NCBI GenBank assembly: GCA_045544955.1
Contig: JAZPZY010000065.1
Span: forward strand, 67 to 64,066
Reading direction: 5' to 3'
Length of the DNA: 64,000 nt
Source of the DNA: Eubacteriales bacterium
GTDB lineage: Bacteria > Bacillota > Clostridia > Oscillospirales > CAG-272
In this document: positions 43,452 to 52,417 of the stretch, in pieces
Numbering within the stretch: the stretch's first letter is position 1
How the letters are laid out: each line of letters opens with the position of its first letter
Made by a program: the position numbers and the translations under genes
The notes under the pieces: model-generated
Told to the model about the DNA's origin: nothing
What the model saw: the letters and a program-made list of their open reading frames with translations, nothing else
Database searches by the model: none

Positions 43452-44972
43452 ATGAAAACTGCAAAAACACTGACCGTTCTTTTGTTTTTAGTGTTTTTTC
43501 TCACCGCATGCGGCACCGCGTCCCCCTATCCGAACGCCGTGAATATCGTGTTGAGCGATAACGGAGTCACCGCCGACGGCACGCCCGTAGGGACAGACAC
43601 CTCCGACGCCGTTTATATCGCCAATGATATCGTCTATTACGAATCCGGAAAAGATTTTACCTACGGAGAAGGCACGGAGCAGGATGCACATACGTCTGAA
43701 GAAGCCGATACACATACGGTGGTTCACATCACGAAGCCCGGCGTTTACGCACTCAGCGGCGTCCTTTCCCGTGGGCAGATCGCCGTGGATCTGGGCGACA
43801 GTGCCAAGGACGATCCTGAAGCGGTGGTTACTCTGCTTCTGAACGGGGTGGAGATAACCTGCGAAGTCGCCCCCGGGGTTATTTTCTATAACGTATACGA
43901 GTGCGGAGACGGAGAGGCGGAAAACGCAGCAAAGGACGTGGACACGTCCGCCGCCGGAGCCAATGTGATCATCGCGGACGGCACGGTAAACACGGTCAGC
44001 GGCTCCTATGTGGCACGGATATATAAACCGGATTCCGTTGTGCTGAACAGCGATAAGACCGAGGTGGAGGACGCCAAGAAGCTGCACAAGTACGACGGCG
44101 CGTTTTACTCTAAAATGTCTCTGAATATCACCGACGAAAAAGATCACACGGGCGTACTGAACATCCACGCCGAAAACGAGGGGCTTGACAGCGAAATGCA
44201 CCTCACCGTGAACGGCGGAAATATCAATATCTTCTCCGGCAACGACGGCATCAATACCAACGAGGACGGCATCTCCGTCACCACCGTCAACGGCGGCTGT
44301 CTGACCATCGAAGTCACCGGCACCACCGGGGAAGGCGACGGTATTGATTCCAACGGCTGGCTTGTGATCAACGGCGGCACGGTTATCGCTTCCGCCTGTG
44401 CGGTCAGCGGCGATGCGGGCATTGATTCCGATATGGGCATCCATATAAACGGCGGTACGGTCATCGCCAGCGGAAATATGCTGGACCGGATCGCCGACAG
44501 CCGGCAAAACTATGCGGTATTCAATTTTGCCGAAAAGCAGCCGGCGGACGTCGCTCTGCACCTCAAAAACAGCGACGGTGAGGACGTCCTTTCCATCGCT
44601 CCCCCTAACGCCTATTCCATACTGATTTACAGCAGTCCCGATTTGCCGGCCGGCACGTACACGCTCTGGAGCGAGGAGGAGCAGCTTGTGGGACAAAGCG
44701 GCAATATGTTCGGCGGCATGGGCAAAAACCCCGGCGCTATGAACCGCCCGGAGGGTGAACGGCCTACGGACGGATTTGTCCCGCCGGAGGGGGAGCGTCC
44801 CACGGATGGGTTCACTCCGCCGGAGGGGGAGCGTCCCACAGACGGATTTACCCCACCGGAGGGTGAGCATCCGTTCCCCGGCGGCTCATCTGCCCAGGCC
44901 GAAGAATTGACGGCAGAATTTATCCTGCAGGACGGTGCCAATATATTCAGCAGCATCACGAAGCAGAAATAA
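43452..44972 (+). CDS. Beta-helix lipoprotein, Cthe_2159-like putative carbohydrate-binding protein
   Basis: Lipobox FLTAC. Features include ITKPGVYALSGVLSRGQIAVDL, LLLNGVEI, repeated GGNINIFSGNDGINTNEDG-type turns, and a C-terminal PPEGERPTDGF repeat. The family name is from memory. Confidence 0.65.
   Translation: MKTAKTLTVLLFLVFFLTACGTASPYPNAVNIVLSDNGVTADGTPVGTDTSDAVYIANDIVYYESGKDFTYGEGTEQDAHTSEEADTHTVVHITKPGVYALSGVLSRGQIAVDLGDSAKDDPEAVVTLLLNGVEITCEVAPGVIFYNVYECGDGEAENAAKDVDTSAAGANVIIADGTVNTVSGSYVARIYKPDSVVLNSDKTEVEDAKKLHKYDGAFYSKMSLNITDEKDHTGVLNIHAENEGLDSEMHLTVNGGNINIFSGNDGINTNEDGISVTTVNGGCLTIEVTGTTGEGDGIDSNGWLVINGGTVIASACAVSGDAGIDSDMGIHINGGTVIASGNMLDRIADSRQNYAVFNFAEKQPADVALHLKNSDGEDVLSIAPPNAYSILIYSSPDLPAGTYTLWSEEEQLVGQSGNMFGGMGKNPGAMNRPEGERPTDGFVPPEGERPTDGFTPPEGERPTDGFTPPEGEHPFPGGSSAQAEELTAEFILQDGANIFSSITKQK
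44745..44867 (+). repeat. In-frame 36-bp tandem repeat, about 3.4 copies, encoding [RP]PEGERPTDGF[VT]
   Basis: Three full 12-codon units begin at 44745, followed by a partial fourth (PPEGE). The copies differ mainly at synonymous positions. Confidence 0.9.
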
Positions 44973-45096
44973 GGTTTTCACCCAAAAGCGAAAGGGGCAG
45001 GGGCAGCCATCTCTGCTCCTTTTTTTATCCGGCATTATTCTCCCCCAAACCGCATATACTAACGCATAATACAAACATAAAGGGGGAGAGACGCCT

Positions 45097-45966
45097 TTGC
45101 ACCGGTCCGAAAAAACAACCGTGTGGAATCTCCGCCGCATCTATCTTTCGGGAAAACGCTGGGCGGCGGTCTTCCGCCGGGACATGATCACGGTATATGC
45201 GGCGCAGGCATCGTTTTTTCTGCTTCTCGCTTCCGTTCCGTTTCTGATGCTGCTTCTCAACGTCAGCCGTCAGCTGTTCCGCTCCGCCGGCCGGGAGATC
45301 CTTTCTTTGTTGGAGGGCATCCTTCCCCATCCTCTGCACGACGCCTTTTCCGCTCTCACCGATGAGCTGGTGAAAACGGGCAGCATCCCGCTCCTGTCTC
45401 TTTCCGCCGGTGCGGCACTGTGGAGTGCCTCCCGGGGGATGGCAGCACTGGAACGGGGGCTGGCCGGTGTGTACGGCGTCAGCGTCAGCCGGGGGCTGCT
45501 CCGGGATATTCTCCGCTCCCTGGCCTACACGGTCTTGCTGATTCTTCTTATATTCTCATCCCTTCTCCTTCTGGTATTCGGTGCACAGATCGCCGACGGG
45601 ATCATGACGCTGTTCCCTGCCCTGGAGCGTCCCGTTACCGCTATCCTCGGCGCCCGGGGGGTGTTCGTGTTTTTGGGACTCAGTGCGTTTTTCTCTCTGG
45701 AGCACCGGGTAATTCTGAAAAACGCCCCCGTTTTGCCCGGGGCCGTTCTGTCTGCCGCCGGATGGATGCTGTTTTCCTATCTCTATTCTTTGTACGTACA
45801 GTTGTTCCCCCGGGCGTCTTATCTGTACGGCGGTCTTTCCCTGCTCGTGGTGTGGATGCTGTGGCTGTATTTCTGCATGATCATCTTTCTTGTGGGTGCG
45901 GAAATAAACAAGATGTTTCGGGGGATTTCTTCGCCGCAAAACGGGAAAAACACCCCCTCGGCGTAA
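45097..45966 (+). CDS. YihY/BrkB (virulence factor BrkB / RNase BN-annotated) family membrane protein
   Basis: 289 aa and polytopic. The N-terminal motif DMITVYAAQASFFLLLASVPFLMLL is typical of the family. TTG start after agggggagag. Confidence 0.8.
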   Translation: MHRSEKTTVWNLRRIYLSGKRWAAVFRRDMITVYAAQASFFLLLASVPFLMLLLNVSRQLFRSAGREILSLLEGILPHPLHDAFSALTDELVKTGSIPLLSLSAGAALWSASRGMAALERGLAGVYGVSVSRGLLRDILRSLAYTVLLILLIFSSLLLLVFGAQIADGIMTLFPALERPVTAILGARGVFVFLGLSAFFSLEHRVILKNAPVLPGAVLSAAGWMLFSYLYSLYVQLFPRASYLYGGLSLLVVWMLWLYFCMIIFLVGAEINKMFRGISSPQNGKNTPSA

Positions 45967-46043
45967 ATATTTACAACTTAGCCCTTGTATTTTCCCTTTC
46001 CGCATGGTAAAATTGTATAGAATCCCACAAAAGGAGGTACGCT

Positions 46044-46415
46044 ATGGCAATCCACGAAGCGGCAGAAAACTATCTGGAAACCATATTTATGCTGCGGAAA
46101 AAGAACGGGCACTGCCGTTCCATCGACGTGGCAACTGATCTTGGCTATTCCAAGCCTACGGTCAGCATTGCCATGCGGAATCTGCGTGAGTCCGGGCACG
46201 TCACGGTGGACGATGCGGGCGAACTGTATCTCACGCCCACCGGCATGGAGATCGCACAGCGGATGTACGAGAGGCACGAGGTTATCTCCTCTTTTCTCAT
46301 TGCGCTGGGCGTACCGGAAGAAATCGCCTACCGGGATGCCTGCAAGATCGAGCACGACATCTCCTCCGAAAGCTTTGATGCGATCAAACGGTACGCACAA
46401 TCGCTGAAGGGATAG
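46044..46415 (+). CDS. DtxR/MntR family metal-dependent transcriptional repressor (short form)
   Basis: 123 aa. Sequence ENYLETIFML...SIDVATDLGYSKPTVSIAMRNLRESGHV...YERHEVISSFL...IEHDIS. Confidence 0.85.
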   Translation: MAIHEAAENYLETIFMLRKKNGHCRSIDVATDLGYSKPTVSIAMRNLRESGHVTVDDAGELYLTPTGMEIAQRMYERHEVISSFLIALGVPEEIAYRDACKIEHDISSESFDAIKRYAQSLKG

Positions 46416-46468
46416 AGTGTGACGTACACTTATGCAGACCGATAAACTTGAATGTGACGGTGACTCAG

Positions 46469-46936
46469 ATGGCAAAAAAACTATTTACAAAAGGCAATAT
46501 AATAATGACAACCCCAGAAGAAGGATATTATGGAGTTGCTATAGTTTTAGACGATGCAGTACCACATGAATTGTCGCCAGGAAGATTTTCCTATCCTATG
46601 AATCATATTCTCATAACACCGTTGCTGTTTACTAAACCAATTTCCATAGATGATATTAACATACAGGATTTGAAACCTTTAGTCTTCACACAATATTTTG
46701 ACAACAATGTGAGCCGTGTTTTTTGGCGTAATAAGATATGTATAGATATATATACCAACCGAAACAAAGCAAATCTTACAGTAATCGGGGATATTGATAC
46801 GACCTTAATTGGTGATGTACCTCCTCTTTCTTGGGAACCAATGCACGATAGATTTCACCTATGCGGTGATGTGAAGTTTGATTTAGGAAGAGAAGCATAT
46901 ATACAATACTGTAGAGACAACAATATTGATTTATAG
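46469..46936 (+). CDS. Hypothetical protein on a low-GC islet (start uncertain: 46448 TTG, 46469 ATG or 46505 ATG)
   Basis: 155-162-aa ORF. Sampled lines are 35-38% GC against about 65% in the flanks. No recognisable motif and no strong SD. Confidence 0.5.
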   Translation: MAKKLFTKGNIIMTTPEEGYYGVAIVLDDAVPHELSPGRFSYPMNHILITPLLFTKPISIDDINIQDLKPLVFTQYFDNNVSRVFWRNKICIDIYTNRNKANLTVIGDIDTTLIGDVPPLSWEPMHDRFHLCGDVKFDLGREAYIQYCRDNNIDL

Positions 46937-47069
46937 CGTCGAAGCCCAATTTATTAAACCGATACCGGACACGCTTCTCCCCCTTCGGTGCAGTGCGTAC
47001 TGTGCGGGCTTGCTCCGTGCAAAATCCTCCCGCGGTCAGTTTTGCCGCTGCATCAAAACAACACATGAA

Positions 47070-47103
47070 AAGCCGACCTATGATCGTTACCATAGGTCGG
47101 CTT
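47070..47103 (-). terminator. Intrinsic terminator of the radical SAM gene
   Basis: aagccgacctatg ... cataggtcggctt 13-bp stem. A minus-strand U-run comes from the + strand aaaa at 47067-47070. Confidence 0.65.
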
Positions 47104-47146
47104 AACTGTTTTATGAACGTCCCGCTAACGCAAGATTCTTTCCCAC

Positions 47147-49777
47147 TCAGCAAAACTCGCTGAAATCCTCTTTCAGAAGCTTCTCTCTCGTAATCTCGCA
47201 CCAGGTGTCCTCCCCGATGAGATCGGACTCCCGGGCAATGGCGTCGAGAATATAGGACGGATTCAGATAATTCTGTGCGCTGTTTGCGGTGATCGCGGAA
47301 AGGCGGATCACGCCGGCATCCGCATCATACCGCGCGGACAGGCTGTGGATCAGCCCGGTGATATCCACTTCCTTTTCACCGCTTTTTGATTTTTTCAGCA
47401 TAACCACCGGTCGGGTGAATCGGTCGTTTATCCAGTCCGCATATTCCCCGCTGCATCTTGGCGAATGGATCACCACGGACGCCTCCGCCCACTGAATATC
47501 GGTCAGTTTCGTCGTGCGGTCATATACGTCCAAAATCTCTATACCGGCAGGGGCGGCGGCGCGCATACGGCAAAGGACCTCCTCGTTCGAAAGATCGGCA
47601 CGGATACGCAGATCCATCACTTCCCGGGCACCGCCCGTTCCCACGGACAGGGGGGATGCAAATACGATCTTCGGCCGGGGATTGAATCCCTCGCTGTAAT
47701 ACACGGGCAAAGCGGCACGGGTTACGATATGAGACATAATGCGTGCCACGTCCAGATGGCCGATATACAGGGCGGGATCGACTTTGGCAAACCGCACCCG
47801 GATGGGACGGTATTCCACCTTTGCCGGGGCTTCTTCCACAGCGGCTGCAGGTGCTTTTTCCGAAGTTTCCGCCGGTTTTTCCGGTGCGGGTGCCGGCTTT
47901 GGCGCATCCGAGGGACGCATTTTACCGCCGGGGCACCAGGTGCACTTATCGCTGTCGATAAGGGCGTTCACGCCGCATCCGGAGCACTGATCGTGACAGC
48001 CGGGGGTAGGCGTACCTTCCATGGATTTATGCCGTTCCCGGAGCAGGAACGATTTGGACACGCCGCAGTCGATCATATCCCAGGGCAGGATCTCGTCGTC
48101 CGGAATGGAGCGGTTGGCGTAGAACGCCGGATCTACGCCGGCGCGGCGGAACACGTCCATCCATTTTTCGTAATCGAAGAACTCCTCCCAGGCGTCAAAG
48201 CACATGCCGTCCTTCTGGGCGATCTCCAAAGCGTCCGCTACGCGGCGGTCACCACGGGCGAGAACGGCTTCGATATGGGACGTGGATGCGTCGTGATAGT
48301 TAAAGCGGATCTTCCGGTCGGTGATCTGGGACAGGATGAACTTCTGTTTTTTCTCCAGCGATTCCATGGTATCCTGCCCTTCCCACTGGAACGGCGTCAT
48401 GGGCTTGGGAATAAAGCAGGCGGCACTGATGGTCACCTGGGGCGGACGGGCGCGGTTTCGCTCAGGTGTATGGTAAAACTCTTCGATCACGTGCTTTGCA
48501 AGCGTGGCAATACCGGCCAGATCCTCCTCTGTCTCCCCGGGGAGTCCCGTCATGAAATACAATTTCACCTGATTCTTGCCAGCGGCAAAGGCGATATGGC
48601 AGGCGTTCAGGATCTCCTCCTCGGTGACGTTTTTATTGATCACGTCACGGAGACGCTGGGTACCTGCTTCCGGGGCAAAGGTGAGCGTAGAGGTTCGCAC
48701 GCTGGAGATCTTCTCCATCAACTCTTTCGTAAAGCTGTCCGCCCGGAGAGACGGGAGGGACAGGTTGATCTGCCGCTCGTCCGTCCATTGCAGAAGCGAA
48801 TCGGTAAGGGCAGCGATATCGGTATAATCGCTGATAGAAAGGGACATCAGCGAGATCTCGTCGTAGCCGGTGTTCTCCACCGTGGCTTTGGCAAGATCGC
48901 AGAGCACCGGCACGGATTTTTCCCGCACGGGACGGGAGATAAAGCCAGCCTGGCAGAAGCGGCATCCACGCACGCAGCCCCGGTACACCTCCAGCGTAAC
49001 CCGGTCCTGCACCGTTTCGATCAGCGGCATAACGGGGGCGGTAGGAACCACGGTATGATCCACGTCGGCAACGATACGCTTTACAACCTTTGCCGGCACG
49101 TCCGGGAACTTGGGGGTGATCGATGCAATGGTACCGTCCTCTTTCCACGTTACGTCGTAAAGAGACGGCACGTAGAAGCCGGGCAGATGAGACGCTTCCC
49201 GGAGAAAGGCCGATTTGGTATACGTGCCCGCTTCCTTCATGGAAAGATACAGCCGGGCAAGTTCCGGCAGGGCTTCCTCTCCCTCACCAATGGAGAAAAT
49301 GTCCACGAACGGTGCCATAGGCTCGGGATTGTAAGCACAGGGACCGCCGGCAAGGATAATGGGATCCTCCTCACCCCGTGCATCAGCACGCAGAGGAATC
49401 CCGGCAAGGTCCATCATATTGAGGACGGTGGTATAGCACATTTCATACTGCAGCGTAAAGGCGGCAATATCAAAATCGCCCACGCTGTCACCGCTTTCGT
49501 GGGTAAACAGGGGAATCTGCCGGGCACGCATTTCCTTCTCCATATCCACCCAGGGAGCATACACTCGCTCGCACCAGACGCCGTCCACGGCGTTCAAAGC
49601 CTGGCACAGGATCCGCATGCCCAGATTGGACATACCGATCTCGTAAGTATCCGGGAAGCAGAACGCCACGCGGAGTTTTACTTCAGACAGATCTTTGAAA
49701 ACGGAGCCGGGCTCCCCGCCGGTATACCGCCCGGGCTTTTCTACTTTCAAAAGGAAAGAACGGATATCTTCTCTCAT
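47147..49777 (-). CDS. B12-binding-domain radical SAM protein (TIGR03960-like) fused to a TIGR03936/DUF2344-like C-terminal domain
   Basis: 876 aa. N-terminus LLKVEKPGRYTGGE and radical SAM cluster CVRGCRFCQAG. An Ala/Pro/Lys/Glu linker (PKPAPAPEKPAETSEKAPAAAVEEAPAK) precedes the C-terminal domain RVRFAKVDPALYIGHLD...GFNPRPK. Confidence 0.85.
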   Translation of the reverse strand: MREDIRSFLLKVEKPGRYTGGEPGSVFKDLSEVKLRVAFCFPDTYEIGMSNLGMRILCQALNAVDGVWCERVYAPWVDMEKEMRARQIPLFTHESGDSVGDFDIAAFTLQYEMCYTTVLNMMDLAGIPLRADARGEEDPIILAGGPCAYNPEPMAPFVDIFSIGEGEEALPELARLYLSMKEAGTYTKSAFLREASHLPGFYVPSLYDVTWKEDGTIASITPKFPDVPAKVVKRIVADVDHTVVPTAPVMPLIETVQDRVTLEVYRGCVRGCRFCQAGFISRPVREKSVPVLCDLAKATVENTGYDEISLMSLSISDYTDIAALTDSLLQWTDERQINLSLPSLRADSFTKELMEKISSVRTSTLTFAPEAGTQRLRDVINKNVTEEEILNACHIAFAAGKNQVKLYFMTGLPGETEEDLAGIATLAKHVIEEFYHTPERNRARPPQVTISAACFIPKPMTPFQWEGQDTMESLEKKQKFILSQITDRKIRFNYHDASTSHIEAVLARGDRRVADALEIAQKDGMCFDAWEEFFDYEKWMDVFRRAGVDPAFYANRSIPDDEILPWDMIDCGVSKSFLLRERHKSMEGTPTPGCHDQCSGCGVNALIDSDKCTWCPGGKMRPSDAPKPAPAPEKPAETSEKAPAAAVEEAPAKVEYRPIRVRFAKVDPALYIGHLDVARIMSHIVTRAALPVYYSEGFNPRPKIVFASPLSVGTGGAREVMDLRIRADLSNEEVLCRMRAAAPAGIEILDVYDRTTKLTDIQWAEASVVIHSPRCSGEYADWINDRFTRPVVMLKKSKSGEKEVDITGLIHSLSARYDADAGVIRLSAITANSAQNYLNPSYILDAIARESDLIGEDTWCEITREKLLKEDFSEFC

Positions 49778-49806
49778 AACGGTTCCTTTCGGTTGCTTTC
49801 GTAAGA

Positions 49807-49835
49807 AAGAGGGAGGATTCTCTCTCCTCCCTCTT
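49807..49835 (-). terminator. Terminator-like hairpin after the ATPase-like gene
   Basis: aagagggagga-ttctctc-tcctccctctt, 15 nt beyond the stop. The U-run is weak. Confidence 0.45.
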
Positions 49836-49849
49836 TCGACACGGATTTT

Positions 49850-52357
49850 TTATTTGATAAACAGCTTCGTCGTCAGCATAGCGGGAATCATCCAGAAGAT
49901 CTGGTTGGCTACGATCATCCAGGAATGCAGTGCCCCAAGGTTTTTCGACATGGTAACGATCAGCAAAATGGCCAGGCTCACGATGGCGGAAACGATACTG
50001 ATGATCATATTGGTACTCTTTACGCTGAGCACCATATCGCAGTACGTAACCACCTGCAGAAGGGATTTGGTAGTACCTCTGGTAACGATACCGGAGTCAA
50101 CGTGTGCCGCCCCCTCACAGCCTTCCATATCACGCACGATCTTCAAGGGGTATTTTTTACCGCGCACCTTGGAGAAGATCATATCCTCGTCGATGTTGGG
50201 ATCCAGCGTCTTGATGCAGACGCAGGTACCACCCCGGGCAAACTGACGGAGAATGAATTCAAAATCTGCATCCATGACGTAGCGAACGTACATTTTTGCC
50301 ACCAGTTCACCGTCACGCAGCATATACAGGATGCTCAGATCTCCCTGTACGTAGGAATCTTCCTCCACCGTTTCCACGGGAATGTCGTATCCAAGCTCCG
50401 TAAGCACGGCGGATCTGCCAAACAGAATCCGGCGGCCGTCAATGACGGTTTCCAGATAGCCGCTGTCAGAGGTAACGATCTCCACCTGATCGGAGTGGCC
50501 CGTTTCCACGGTAGCCAGTTCAAATACGTCGGCGAGAGGACCGCCCGTAGCGGAAAATGCGCTGGCGGCATAATACAGAACCCGATCGATCCGGTTATTG
50601 TTATAGATCTTGATGTTCTGTACCTTCACGCCGTAGGAGGGAAATACGTTTTTGTCGTCAAAGGATACGATAGAAGCACCGGCATACTCGTCCAGAGAGC
50701 ATTCGCCTACGATCGTACTGTCGTACTCGTATGCTTCCCGGTTTGCCTTATAGAAAGGATAGCTGTATGTAAAGAACATGGACAGCGGCACACCGGCAAC
50801 CATAGTAAGGTACGCCACCGTTACGGCATCCATAGCACCGGAGCCGCCAATGCGTGCAAACACTGCCATCAGAACGGCAGCAGCAGCCATACCGGAAAGG
50901 ATGGCACCCACGTACACTCGCGTAGTGTGCAGAACGGCACTGGTACGGGCAAAATAGCCGTCTACGAAATCCGTGCTGGTAATCCGCAGAACGTCCGGAC
51001 TTTCTTCATCGGTTGCACCGAAGGCTTGACTTTCGGCAACGCCTTCATCGGGCGTGATCCGATTGAAGACGTATTTGGGACGCTTGGATGAAATCACGTT
51101 GAAACTGAACACTTCCCGTTTGGTATTGAAATACGTGAATACCAGCGAAAGCAATGCAGCAACTGCCACTGGGAAATTATGCAAAATCGGCTCCACACCA
51201 GCCTCGGCAGTAAATGCAAGAACCGTCGAATACAGAACGGCAAACACAGAAAGAACGGACAAAACGCTTTCGGGTGTAGGACGCAGCGTTACCAGATTGG
51301 TAAAGCCCGTGAAGATCTGCTCGTAAGCAACGGCGCAAACCAGAAGAAGGATCTGCAAGCTCATCATGATATGTACCACCGGGTACACGGCAGGATCCAA
51401 AGCCCCGGCAAACTGCACGCCGAAGATCGTAATATTTTCGTAAAAGAAAAGCAGTACGCTCAGAACAGCGGCGATTGCCATCTTGATTTTCAAAGAGCCC
51501 AGGGCAAACTTATACGCATCGGCGATCTGCGGCGTCTGAGAACGGTCAGCATATTCATACTCCACCGCACGGCGCTGCTGTTTTTCCTGCTCACGCAGAG
51601 CCGCGTCCATTTTGGCGGCGGCTTCTTGTGCGGCACCGGCACCCATTTTCTTTTCCAGCTGATCCTCCAGGCCGAAGGCAACCATCAGGTTGATATCCGT
51701 CTCGTCGATCAGATCATCCGCTTCCGGTGCTTCTTCCTCCGCCTGTTGGTCAGCGTCTTCTTCGTCTTCTTCGGCCGGCGCTTCCTCCCGTTCTTCCGAC
51801 GTACCGTCAGCGACCGCCTGCCAGGTAAGGAATACGTTTGCCGGAGCCTCCTTCGCAGCGGATTCTTCCGGAATTTCGTCCTCCGGAATCTCTTCTGTGA
51901 ATTCTTCCGGCTCGTCTTCTGCTTCACCCATTTCGTCGACGATCTCGTCAAAGATCGCACTGTCGGGTACTACGGTCTCTTCCGGCTCGTCCGACTGCCT
52001 GCGAAGGCGGGCGAAAAGACCGCCGGATTTTTTCCTCGGGATCGTCTTCTCTTCGCTTTCTTCCGACGGCATCTGCAGCTCCGGATCTATCGGTTCCTCT
52101 TTTTCCGCCGGTTCATATACCGTCTCTTCTACCGTCTCTTCCGGCACTGCATCGGACACGGCTTCTTCCGAAGAAGCCGTAATTTCCTCCGCATAATCCG
52201 GAAGATACTTTTTCAGAAGATCCTGAATGTTCAGCTCACTGTCGCTCCCGGCATCCGCTTTCGCCGCGGGACGTGCAAGAGACGACTGCTCTTTGCTATA
52301 AGGCTGCTGCTTTTTTTCCTCGCTCGTGTTCTGTGCGGAATTGAATTTCGTGCTCAT
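49850..52357 (-). CDS. Polytopic membrane protein resembling a degenerate (catalytically inactive) P-type ATPase, with an acidic disordered N-terminus
   Basis: About 835 aa. The first ~250 aa are E/D/A/P-rich and followed by TM helices. IVGECSLDEYAGASIVSFDDKNVF aligns by eye with the P-type IKGGxALE...VxFDKTGTLT block but lacks TGT. TLDPN stands in place of TGDN and MEGCEG in place of GDGxND. The start is uncertain (ATG 52357 or TTG 52372). Confidence 0.6.
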   Translation of the reverse strand: MSTKFNSAQNTSEEKKQQPYSKEQSSLARPAAKADAGSDSELNIQDLLKKYLPDYAEEITASSEEAVSDAVPEETVEETVYEPAEKEEPIDPELQMPSEESEEKTIPRKKSGGLFARLRRQSDEPEETVVPDSAIFDEIVDEMGEAEDEPEEFTEEIPEDEIPEESAAKEAPANVFLTWQAVADGTSEEREEAPAEEDEEDADQQAEEEAPEADDLIDETDINLMVAFGLEDQLEKKMGAGAAQEAAAKMDAALREQEKQQRRAVEYEYADRSQTPQIADAYKFALGSLKIKMAIAAVLSVLLFFYENITIFGVQFAGALDPAVYPVVHIMMSLQILLLVCAVAYEQIFTGFTNLVTLRPTPESVLSVLSVFAVLYSTVLAFTAEAGVEPILHNFPVAVAALLSLVFTYFNTKREVFSFNVISSKRPKYVFNRITPDEGVAESQAFGATDEESPDVLRITSTDFVDGYFARTSAVLHTTRVYVGAILSGMAAAAVLMAVFARIGGSGAMDAVTVAYLTMVAGVPLSMFFTYSYPFYKANREAYEYDSTIVGECSLDEYAGASIVSFDDKNVFPSYGVKVQNIKIYNNNRIDRVLYYAASAFSATGGPLADVFELATVETGHSDQVEIVTSDSGYLETVIDGRRILFGRSAVLTELGYDIPVETVEEDSYVQGDLSILYMLRDGELVAKMYVRYVMDADFEFILRQFARGGTCVCIKTLDPNIDEDMIFSKVRGKKYPLKIVRDMEGCEGAAHVDSGIVTRGTTKSLLQVVTYCDMVLSVKSTNMIISIVSAIVSLAILLIVTMSKNLGALHSWMIVANQIFWMIPAMLTTKLFIK

Positions 52358-52417
52358 AAACAATACATCCAATCCTCAAAATTTTGAAATTTATCTGTTT
52401 GAAAATGTACTACGCCG

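Noticed and set aside
47465-49804. 779-aa + strand ORF
   Set aside because: It is antisense to the radical SAM gene, which has clear motifs (CxxxCxxC). The antisense translation has none.
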